Of a stretch of DNA of 64,000 bases, positions 53,559-64,000 are shown piece by piece; position 1 is the first letter of the stretch; the number at the start of each line of letters is the position of its first letter. Below the pieces are notes generated by a model. The model did no database searches. It saw only the letters and a program-made list of their open reading frames with translations, and was not told the DNA's origin. A program made the translations under genes and the position numbers. Source of the DNA: Octopus vulgaris (lineage: Eukaryota); NCBI GenBank assembly GCA_951406725.2, contig OX597825.1, positions 40,238,001 through 40,302,000 on the forward strand. Direction: 5' to 3'.

Positions 53559-54173
53559 TGGCTATTCCGTAGGAAACGACATTACTACCGTCTTAAACCC
53601 GGGTAGGAGCCTCCTCCAGCTGGTTATTGATGCACTCTGCACAAATAGCCCGAAACCGTACGGTCTTGTGATACGGTTGTCTGCTACATGATGGTAGGGT
53701 TTTACACCCTTGCAATATATATCGATTACAGACTGCATCGCTAACCAATCGAAAAAAGCTCTTCCACGGGTTAAAAACGGTAATAACGTCGATTCCTACG
53801 AAACAGATATTTTGATGTGGTGATAAACATTACTTCTCAGTATAGTTACTACTTTCATTACTTATAATGAATTTTCAACTATCTACTTTGCTTCTTGCAA
53901 GATGAATGACGGATTGTCACATAATATTCTATATATTACGAGCTGGAGCGAATTTACTGTTATGTCTAGCGGTCAGGTGCCCACCATTGAGTATGGGCTC
54001 AAATAGACGGAAACAGTATGGTCTTGTGGTCCCGTCGTCTGTTACCACATTAGTAGGGCTTTGTGCGCCTCCTGGCAATATCTACTGGGTGCAGATTTTA
54101 CCGATGATCTGCTGGAGAAGGCTCCTCACGGGGTTAAAAACGGTGATAATTGTCGATTGTTTCGGAATAGCAA
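53559..54173. mobile_element. Non-autonomous TIR element (MITE-like), ~60-bp TIRs, TA TSD, extra internal TIR copy
   Basis: 53561-53620 pairs with 54111-54171; third copy 53758-53807; TA flanks at 53557 and 54174. Confidence 0.72.
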
Positions 54174-54446
54174 TAATGATATTACAGAAACTCATATATT
54201 ACGATTTTCCTACAATAGATGACTTCTGTGTCATCATATCACCTGCCTCCTTTCTTTATGAGAGTACTAAAAGTATTATCATATGTGCGTGATGTCATAT
54301 TCTGAGGCATGTTGATCCACCTTTAGCATGAATCAAGCTCCACAGTGATGCTTATTTACATTTTGAAATCCTTCACGCTAATATCGACAGTTGAAAATTT
54401 GTTGATGAAGATACAAGGTAGATGATGCAAATAACGCTTGGACGTT

Positions 54447-54800
54447 GGCTGACCAATGCCTAGTGAATGGATTTGGTAGACGGAAACTGAAAAAGCCCGC
54501 TGTTTATATATACATGTTTATGTTTATGCTTGTGTGTCTGTGTTTATCCTCCCACCATGGCTTGACAACCGATGATGATGTGCGTATGTCCTAGGGTCAA
54601 TTTGTTCGACTAAAGGTGGTGCTCCAGCATGACTGCAGTCAAATGACTGAAACATGTAAAGGAATAAAAGAATGTGTTTCTGTGTATGTGCTTGTGTATG
54701 TATGTCCTGTGTTTGTGTCTGTCCATTCCATCACCGCTTGACAACCAGTGTTGTATTTACGACCCTTCATCTTAGCGATTCGGGAAAAGCTACCATAAAT
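54447..54800 (+). mobile_element. SINE family A partial copy plus a second central segment
   Basis: GGATTTGGTAGACGGAAACTGAAAA; GCTTGACAACC twice; GCTCCAGCATG..CAGTCAAATGACTGAAAC. Confidence 0.8.
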
Positions 54801-55004
54801 GTGTGTGTGTGTGTGTGTGTATACACACACGCGCGCGCACACGCACGCACACATTCACACACACATACATATTCCCTTTTATAGATGCAGGATTATACAT
54901 GGTTGTCGATCTTATAGTTACCCGTAATATGAACGGCCATAAGTTAGCCTTAGGAAGAAGTTTTTTACTTTCTTCCATAGAATGGGCTTACGGATAACGA
55001 TAGA

Positions 55005-56390
55005 TGCTAACCTAAATAGTGTAGACTTTTTTTTAGATATTAACTTAGAATTGCATTCAGATAACTTTAGACCCTACCGTAGGCCTAATAAAAAGCATAT
55101 TTTATATCAACAAAGAGTCAAATACTTAAGATTTTAGTTAGAAATTACTGGAAGGTGCATATCATCCATATCTTCAAGCATGACAGCGTTTCAAAATGCT
55201 GCACCTTATAATAATAATGCATTAAGGAACAGCGGATTCTCGGAGAAGATCCAGTATAGCCAAAGCAATACAAACAATAACAGAAGCCCTAGAACTAGAA
55301 CTAGGTACGTTTGAGGTTTAATCCAACATTTAACATTGCCATAAAAACTAATATAGATACAGAATTCTTGAATCTAGTTTCTAAGCTCTTTCACGAAAAC
55401 CATAAGTCCTATAATGTTTTTTAATAAGAGAACGCTGAAGGTTAGCTATTTCTCTTGCAAGCGATTCGCATCTTTAATGAAGAATCACAACACGAAAATT
55501 ATTAGAAGCAACCACAGTGCCGGAAATAAGTAAAAGATTTGTAATTTCAAAGATTAAAATTGCTGTCTGTTAGATGGAAATTGTCTTGAGAAATGAATAG
55601 TTTGTAGAGCTAAAGTACGTCATCATCATCATTGTTCGACTGTGGTCGTGACAATGGAATTTACCATGCTACGCCAGACTTCACGGTCCATCATGGCATT
55701 ACGGAGGTCCTGTTGCTGGATGCCTGTATCCCTGGAGATTACAAACAGATGGCTCACAGAATACAAGACATATACAGGAGCATCGGCAAATTCCTTTCAG
55801 ACTAGATTATATTCCCACCGGAATTCATTTCGATGCCCCGAAAATAGGACAGCAACGAGTTTTGCTAAACATGTTTGGTAATTGAAAGAAAATGATACCC
55901 GTCTTTTCAAAATCAGCTGGGCAATTTTGTGGAAAGCAGCACCATATAAGCATGAAGCATATAAATGCCCAATAAGGTGCAGTTTGTGCCTGACTGGAAA
56001 TCTCTGCATCCTGTTCCAGGATAAATATGCATGGAACCAAGGACGGGAGCTTTTAAATTCCTACAGACACGCTACGAGGTATAAAAATACTGCATATCAA
56101 TACCGCAAAAAAAATATTTGGATTTGCACCTAAAAGCAGATATCATTTAGTATTACATTTATTGTACATTTTTCAACTTACCGATGGTTCTGAAAGAAAT
56201 TTAGTGTTATCAGCTAATGAGTTGGAGATTTTCGCCAGTTGTAAAGTTTACTGATTTAAATTTCGCCGAGGGGATAATTAGATTTATATTACACTAAATT
56301 ATTACATTAAACAAAATGTTTAGCATTTATTTCATTTTATAATTGATTTCATTCAATCTATACCACAGTTTTTAAATATATTTGTATGCG
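55005..56390 (+). mobile_element. Decayed Naiad-type PLE 3' half (thumb, Zn-finger, GIY-YIG)
   Basis: LDINL..FRPYRRPN, YNNALRNSGF, FNP.F..IKTNI, TLKVSY, CN..CCLLDGNCL, YTGAS..FQTRLYSHRNSF, FAKHVW, CSLCLT. Confidence 0.85.
55619..55743 (-). mobile_element. 3' stub of the same RTE LINE as 48556-48734, nested in the PLE
   Basis: CATCATCATCATTGTTCGAC...CCTGGAGATTACA is the reverse complement of 48606-48733. Confidence 0.88.
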
Positions 56391-56430
56391 TATATAAGTT
56401 ATGGTGTATATATATATATATATATATATA

Positions 56431-58190
56431 CGAGAAAGAAGCAACAAGAATGGATTAGTTTTTAGTACAATTGTTTCATACAAAGACAGGCTTTATTAAA
56501 AGTTGCAAATATTGCAGCAGATGAAAGTGTCCCGTACTCATCAGCTAAAACACATATGAGTTCTCCAAACATCTTAGTGGGTGAGGCTACACTCATGAAG
56601 TATTGGAGATAATTTCATTAAAAGCAGATTCAGGTTGTAAACAGACTTCCGAAGTTCTTTAATGATGATGCACAGTCTTATCACAGGTTTTAAAAAAGCT
56701 TATTAGCTTCACAGAGAAGGTGAATTAATCCGTAGTGTAGGTGTATATTTCCAGAGATATGAGGAGGTGTTTCATACTCACAGGCGATGAATTTATCCAT
56801 GGTTAATCCACAATGAGGTGGGTATAATTTCATGCTATATGATAAGGTATTTACCACATTACTGTTCTCTTCACAAGATTGCTATGTTATGATTTCTAAA
56901 GGCTGAAGGAAATTTTTGGAGCAAAGAAAAGAAAAGAAAGGAAAGAGAAGAAAAGAAACAAGGAAAAAGGAAAAAAAAAGAAAAAAAGAAAGAAAAAAGA
57001 AAAAAAGAAAAAGGAAAAAAGGGGAGAAGAAAAGAAAAAAAGAAAAAGAAAAAAGAAAAAAGGGGAAAAAAGAAAAACAGAAAAAAAGAACGCCCACATA
57101 GAGTATACTGTGACAACTGAGAGGGAAATAGGTCGCAGGTAACATACAACACAGAAAAGTTTGTAGACAGCCTGACTGGCTTCGAATTTGCAGGAATCTA
57201 AGAACTATAAGGAGAATATTATTTTTGACCAGTAAACAGCTATTTATTGCCAACCTGACGTAGCTGATAGCAGATACTAGAATCTAAAGAGATAACAAGG
57301 TCAGGGATAGAGGGGTCAAAGGCTATCATCAAATGGAAATACATTAAGAGAAAATATATTAAGAGAAAATAAGTGCAATACTAGCAAGAGGTCATTTAAA
57401 TTTATTTATTTATTAATTACTGTTACTGTCTTAAATTGTTGTCGTTACTATCTATACATTGACCGACTACAGGTCAATACTTAGAAGTAAGTTTACAAGG
57501 TGTGGGGGAATTGCTTATTATATTGAAATTTCTTATACTACTTTCAAGGGTGCAGCATTACTTATTTAATTTTGTAATAGAATTATGAAGCCTTAGTAAC
57601 TTATTTTATTTAAGTTGTGTTACCTAAATTAGATTAAATTAAACATTAAAAATTAAAAAATTAAAATTTAAAATTAACTATGAAGTCAATTTAAAACTTC
57701 ATTTAAGCAACGTACAAGTACTATTTGTTTCCTTGTGTTCAAAATCAGGTGCAATTATAGAGAAAGAGATAACTGTAGTGTGAGAGCACGCAGTTATCTA
57801 CTTAAAAAATTAAAGTTATGCTATACTAGTAAAAAACAAGCTAGATCTATCTATCTATCTTCTTACGATTATTCTATACTGTTATTCATTTAAAATATTT
57901 TAGAGTCTTCAATTTTGTGTGGACACAAAATTGACCTAATTCAATATGGTTATTTAACAAACCCTTATTCTTTCTATGCTTTAGAATTTCATACGTCTCC
58001 ATGGAGCAGAGTTGGCAACCAACTCTATTATTTTTATACGGCATTGCTCTAATCCATTCTTGTTGCTTCTTTCTCGTTTATAATCACCCCACACTACTGT
58101 ATGGTTAACACCATATAGTTTTCTGGTGCATCTAAGTTAAGTACCGCATTCAAGTGAATTCATTAGAATTGACTTGAATCTTAATTGCTT
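56431..58190. mobile_element. PLE-derived element of the 12.3-13.0 kb family: antisense segment plus sense 3' end
   Basis: 56431-56830 matches part of 12.3-12.9 kb in reverse complement; 58050-58190 matches 12876-13017; 56431-56458 pairs with 58049-58076; purine tract 56920-57090 inside. Confidence 0.72.
56460..56550 (-). ncRNA. Type-I hammerhead ribozyme motif (intact core)
   Basis: Reverse complement: TTTTAG-CTGATGA-GTACGGGACA...TGTCTTTGTAT-GAAAC-AATT-GTA-CTAAAA. Confidence 0.82.
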
Positions 58191-58323
58191 TATGTGTGTG
58201 TGTGTGTGTGTGTGTGTTTATGTGCATATATATATTTATATATGTATATATTTATTTGTATATTTGTATGAGGGTATACATGTCTGCGGCTATTGTATAT
58301 GTGTATGTATGTGAGTGTGTGTG

Positions 58324-61300
58324 TGTAGTCTAGGCTTACTGAAGCAGATTCATAAGTCCACATTATATCCATTGGGAGGGACGACAGTTATCTCCCCTGG
58401 TCAAATGTTCTAGAGCAAACCAAGCGAAAGTGTTTAGCTTCCCCGATGCTAGCTAACAAGCCGTATCTACTAAAGGACACATGGGAGGGCTTAGTAACAT
58501 ATCACTTATTGAAGAGCGTAAACAGAATGCACTTCCTCTTTTTTTCTCTACGACGCGACAAGGTCAACTTCGGAGAGAGAGCCAAGCGCATGGATTCGAT
58601 ATTTATTTCATACCATCGACTCGCTGTGGTATTCTACTCCTAGTGCCTGTGTGAAAATAATCTTTGTAGTTTGAATTCCTTCTATTTTCTCATTGTCATC
58701 GGGGAAAATTCCAAGATGTTCAGAACCTTTCTCTTCATCCCAGATAACTTTATTGAACATCGTATACTCCCTATATCAGTTCGTTTGTTACACATCTGAA
58801 TAAAACCTTGGACACGAAGTTGTTCTCGTATGGACAAGAGTGTTGTCTCTTAATGCACCAGAGGCATTTCACAGCTGTTGAATTAATGACTCAGTCCAAA
58901 TATTTAAGTGTTGACGTTTTCATTAGCGACATCCATCGCTAGAGTAGTGACACGGACTTAGAACACGCATCCACGGCCCCTCACTAAAGTGACGACCCCG
59001 TGTATATATATCTACATGCTTCAACAGCCATTGCCTGCTATATGATTCACGACGTTCAACTTCATGATTGCCTCTACTTTATCAGCTCTATCAAATGTGG
59101 GTATCTATGACTGTTTTCAGCGGTCAAGTTCTCTTACACCAATGACCAACTCGCTAAAGTAGTGAATCTGGTAAGAAAAAAGGACATACCTCTTGGTTAT
59201 GAGAAAGTTCCTACGCCATTTCTTGCCCATGAAACAGTAATATCGCGATGATATTTTACGAGGTGAAATGCATAATCTGAATCGACTCCAAATTGAAACA
59301 GCCCGACGTGTGGAATTTCTCCATGGAATATTTCTTTGACCAACCAGTTATAGCTGTTACGACCGTTCTTTCCCCGCCGAAGATGAGTCACATCACTCTG
59401 CTCCGCTGTCATGGCTGTCCTAAGATGTGGTTTGCACAGCTGGAATGATATCCAATAACATTCAGTGGGCTCAACAGAGATTGCACATCGTATTGAGTGG
59501 TATTCCTTCGACGTTAGCGCTTACCGTCAGAGACCTAATCTCATACATGCCACTTCCTACGACAGTATAAAAGCATAGGTCTTTCGAAGGAATTCTAAAT
59601 CCTCCAGGAGTCTGCATTCGTCTGCTCTTGGAGGACGACCATTTGGAGGATAGAATCCTAACAGAATTTTTGCGCAGAGTTCGTCTGTTGGCCGACAGCT
59701 CAAAAGAAGTAAATTCATTCATGAAGGATCTGTTTTTCTCTCGGCTGCCATACAATGTCCAGTGTATCTTAGCGCCTATGAAAGAGGGTAGATAGCTTCA
59801 ATAGCTACGTCTACGGTAACATCCTGGAATTCTCCAGGTCTGCCTCGTTCGCTGAAAAATTAGTATTTATCACTTCGTCTACAGTTACACGAAATTCTTC
59901 ATCAACCGGTGTGGCATCACAAGCAAAAACCCAGAAGGCAATTAAGGACTTGGCGCAACACGTTTTGTGGTTGTGTCGTGTGCGTTCCTCTTTTTTCCCG
60001 ATCGTCTTCCAGGAATCGTTTTAAACATCGCTCTTCTTCTCGGCAGTGTGCCGTCAGTGTAGAAAGCCTTGCTCCCACTACCAATAGGGAACATAGACCG
60101 GGGAGACCCTGAGCATATCATCAGTCCTCCTGCATCATGCATTTTTTGTTAGAAACGTCAAGTACTCTAAACTTTTCATGGTCGACACGGGAGCCGGCGT
60201 CAGCATTTTGCCTTTACGTTTCACCTCGAAAAGGCCTCAACCTTCCGATATTTCTTTATATGCTGTTAACCACACTACTATTCGGACTTACGGTAATATT
60301 TCCTTATCTGTAGATTTGTCTCTACGTAGAGAGTTTAAATGGATTTTCGTCCTCTAGGATTTGCCTAATCTAATATTTTTCATCTGCTTTACATGTATGC
60401 ACCGTTTCTTCCAAGATTGACCAGGTAAATGCATACTACCAAATACCAGTGAACCCGGCAAACATCCCTAAAATGCCATGGCTATTCCATTTGGCTCGTA
60501 CGAGTTCTTATCCATGCCATTTGGACTGTACAATGCCGCCAGTACTTTCCAGCGGCTCATTGATGAAGTCATTCATGGGATGGATTTCGTTTTTCTTACG
60601 TGGACGAGATTTCATAGCCCGTGACACAATGCACATCATCATCAACACCTATCTCAGTTATTCCAGTGTCTCCAGTCGTTCAATGTCAAAGTCAACCCTG
60701 CAAATTGTGTGTTTAGTACAACCTCATTGGAGTTCCTGGGACATCTTGTAGACTCTAAAGGCATTCAGCCTCTGCAAGCGAAGGTGGAAGCGATTCAGCA
60801 ATTTTCACATCCCCCTCCCTCCTTGAAACAGTTACGTCCTTTCCTAGGGTTAATAAACTGCTACTGTTGCTTCATTTCTCATTGTGCGGACAAGTTGTTT
60901 CCCTTGACTCAGCTTTTGAAGGACAAGAAAAAGAAGGATTTTCCTATTTCTCTTTTTTCCGACGCTTTGCAGTTTTTGAATCTGACAAATCTCATCTTGC
61001 TCAGGTTTCCCTACTCGCTCATTCTAAAGCGAACGCAGAACTATTCTTAACATGTGATGCATCAAATTTTGGAATTGGTGCTGTATTGCAACAGACCTTC
61101 AACCAGGATACTCAACTACTAGCTTTTTTTCTCACATCGACTGCAACCAGCCGAACAACAGTATAGCACGTTCGAAAGAGAGATGTTAGCTATTTATCTT
61201 ACTGTAGATACATCCACAACCTCCTTGAAGGTCGAGAATTCACGATATTCACGGACCATAAGCCGCTCGCATTCGCGATATAATCCAAGTCGGAGAATTA

Positions 61301-62620
61301 CTCACCGAGGGCATAGAGACACTTGGACTTCATTTCTCAGATCATCAGTGACATATGCTATATTGATTTATACCTGCTGGTGCTTTGCCTACCCTTCCTC
61401 TGTGTTCTCTTCCGTTTCCTGCTACGATTGATCTGATCACCATTGCTTCAGACCAGCCTTCCTTGGATTCGCTTAACATTTCTTTTGCTCAGTTTTCCTG
61501 CTGCAAGTTTGAATACCTGTCGCTTCTGTCCGCTGAGGGGAACAACCTCTGCAATGTTTCCGCTGGTACATCCAGACCGCTCTCGTTCCTGATCGTCATC
61601 GCCGCATCACTTTCGACGCTCTGCACTCGTCGTCATATCCAAGCATTGCTGCCACGGTGAAACTTATCACGGCCTGATATGCGTTGTACAATCACCGCTT
61701 GGGTGCGTTCTTGATTGCAATGTCAGCACTACAAGGTACATAGGGCATTTCAATCCGCCAGACACTCACTTCTGACACATCCATATTGATCTCGTTGGTC
61801 CCAGTCCGTCAGTTCCGGTTTCACGTACATTTTGACCTCTATTGATCGGTTCCTTCCGATGGCCAGAGGCCACACCCCTGGTAGATATTACTGCCGAGTC
61901 TGAGGCTTGAGCTCTCATCTCAGTTTGGATTGCTCACTTTGGCTTGTCCTCAAGGAAAACCATTGATCGTGGACACCAATTCGAAGCCTTCCTTTACTGT
62001 GAACTTTCACGGCTACGAAGTGTACAACAAATTCATACAACTAGTTACCACCCAACCTCGAATGGAATGGTAGAGAGATTGCATAGGCAGTTAAAGGCAG
62101 CACTTCGCACTGCTCCGGATCCACAGCAATGGACTGAATTTCTTCCTATCGTTCTCCTAGGTTGCCGGTCCGCTTTTAAGGCGCATTTGTGCTGCTCCTC
62201 AGCCGAAATCTTTTACGATACCACTTTGGCGCTTCTTGGTCAAATGTTAGCACCAGTCGATCCACCGCAGCCGGATCCTACGTCGTACATCACCAGACAT
62301 GGTTCTTACTCCTCGGATCTTCTAGCCATGGCATCTCGTGACCAGTTTATTTCTCCTACTGTTCCAGTAAATATCTCTAGATGGACACATATTTTTCTTT
62401 TGCGGAATGATGCCGTGACAGGACCCCTTACCCCGCCCTACTAAGACCCTTTCTTTGTGTTTTCACGCACACTAAACAATTTTTAACGTAGAAATTAACA
62501 GTGAGAAAGAGACTGTATCTATTGATAGAGTAAAGAAGGCCTTCTCTGAAAGTCTTATTCCACTGCCTCACAAAACCATCACACTCACTCCAATAACTTC
62601 ACATTAACCTCAAATATCTT
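58324..62620 (+). mobile_element. Gypsy LTR retrotransposon (CsRn1-like), decayed; putative 5' LTR ~58324-58985, no 3' LTR seen
   Basis: TG start, AATAAA ~58799, PBS-like GTGACGACCCCG; gag PKMWFAQLE, LFFSRLP; PR FMVDTGA; RT AYYQIPV, MPFGL, TFQRLID, YVDEI; RH TCDAS, YSTFEREMLAIY; IN HIDLVGP, YHPTSNGMVER, VSIDRVK. Confidence 0.9.
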
Positions 62621-62676
62621 TACATGCTACAATGTGTGTGTGTGTTTGTATGTGTGCGTGTGTGTGTTTGTATGTA

Positions 62677-63046
62677 TCTCTCTCTTTTCTCTCTTTTACT
62701 TGTTTCAGTCATTTGACTGCGGCCATGCTGGAGCACTACCTTTAGCCGAGCAAATCGACCCCGGAACTTATTCTTTGTAAGCACAGTACTTATTCTATCG
62801 GTCACGAACCGCTAAGTGACGGGGACCTAAACACACCTGCATCGGTTGTCAAACAATGCTAGAGGGAGAAACATAGACACACAAACATATACACACACAT
62901 ACATATATATATACATATATACGACAGGCTTCTTTCAGTTTCCGTCTACCAAATCCACTCACAAAGCTTTGGTCAGCCCGAGGATTTAGCAGAAGGCACT
63001 TGCCCAAGATGCCCAAGCTACTTACCACACAGCCACTCCTGCGCCT
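62677..63046 (-). mobile_element. SINE family A, with deletion of the B-box part of the head
   Basis: High similarity to 32284-32687. Confidence 0.9.
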
Positions 63047-63064
63047 TTTTTGTGTGTGTGTATC

Positions 63065-63232
63065 TTACGTTCTGAGTTCAAATTCTGCCGAGGTCGACTT
63101 TGCCTTTCATACTTTCGGGGTCGATAAATAAAAGTACCAGTTTCGCACTGGGGTCGATGTAATCGACTTAATCCCTTTGTCTGTTCTTGTTTGTCCTCTC
63201 TATGTTTAGCCCCTTGTGGGCAATAAAGAAAT
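63065..63232 (+). mobile_element. SINE family B, 5'-truncated
   Basis: TTCTGAGTTCAAATTCTGCCGAGGTCGACTTTGCCTTTCAT..GGGGTCGATAAA. Confidence 0.88.
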
Positions 63233-63444
63233 ATATATCTTAGTATATATATTCATATTTATATTTTGCCAGTATATGTTTGTATATATGTACGTATGCA
63301 TGATTCAAAGTTTTTGTGTTTTAGTGTACAAATGTATCTTTAGTGAGTGTATGTATAAGTGAATGTTATTTATATGTAGATTATGTGTATTTTTTAAAAG
63401 CTGTTAGATTTCTGTAGGTAAATATTATTATAAACAGACGTACA

Positions 63445-63826
63445 TTTATTACCAACGCCTTAACTAAGGTGGAGGTACTGCCTTCACTCGTGTCTGTTTG
63501 TTTGACCGTGGATAAGATATCTCAAATACCGCTGGATGGATTTGGATGAAGCTTTCAAAGATGTTTGGCCTCGTGTTTGGCACGAACTTATTAGTGTTAG
63601 GGTTAGGGTCTGGGATCAATCCGTTGCCGGACAGGAATTGTGGATTATTTTTTTCTGTCCTTTTACTTACTTTTTGAGAGCGGTCGGGTTTATTGTTATT
63701 GTTTTTCTTTATGACAACCGTGGAGATTATTTCAGATATTCTCGTTTTAAGAATCATCTCTGGTTAAACGTTGAGAGGAGGTTGGTGTTGCCTTGGCGGA
63801 GGTTTCGTTATCTGAGTGCTATTTTT
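63445..63826 (+). mobile_element. Helentron-associated non-autonomous element (HINE/DINE-1-like)
   Basis: 5' ACCAACGCCTT..AAGGTGGAGGT stem-loop, GTCTGTTTGTTTG tract, GGATGGATTTGGATGAA core, 3' sub-TIR CCTTGGCGGAGGT then ..CTGAGTGC and a T-run. Confidence 0.72.
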
Positions 63827-64000
63827 AAAAATTAAATATAATTAACGATAAATTTAATCTGGGTATGTATGTTTTTCCTTCTAACAAAATTTAATTGTTT
63901 CATTTAAGGTTTTCTTCGAATTTACATTATTATTAAATAATTTTATGTACATCACCGTTTCTTAGAAAAAATCCGTTAGTTGAAACGAAATCAATTTCAA

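Noticed and set aside
55540-55620. Selenocysteine-encoding Naiad (in-frame TGA in CLEK*IV next to the Zn-finger)
   Set aside because: This copy has other stops and frameshifts, the well-preserved 17.7-18.1 kb copy uses TGT/TGC at all Cys, and no SECIS was recognised
56209-56255. Possible hammerhead 3' of the decayed Naiad (ATCAG-CTAATGA...CTGAT)
   Set aside because: Core mutated and GAAAC/GTH not recognisable; position fits but evidence is too weak

Overview
AT-rich eukaryotic DNA made almost entirely of transposable-element remnants and microsatellites; no host exon could be supported. The two tRNA-derived SINE families resemble octopus repeats I recall, so an octopod cephalopod origin is inferred, not verified. 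Contents: three stacked R4/Dong-type retrotransposon fragments sitting in (AAT)n tracts (2.5-8.4 kb), an RTE-type LINE, a decayed Gypsy LTR element, mariner/Tc1 elements, a piggyBac carrying an internal minisatellite, non-autonomous Helitron and Helentron elements, and a TTAGGG-based higher-order repeat. The most notable signal is a set of Penelope-like (PLE) elements. One is a young Naiad-type RT/GIY-YIG element enclosed by ~1.58-kb near-identical inverted arms (14.6-20.6 kb). Several ORF-less fold-back elements lie next to (TA)n tracts. They carry a shared type-I hammerhead ribozyme design (CUGANGA core, long stem II, 2-bp stem III capped by a palindromic tetraloop) with different, fully paired stem I sequences between families. 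All motif and pairing calls were made by eye and coordinates are hand-counted.
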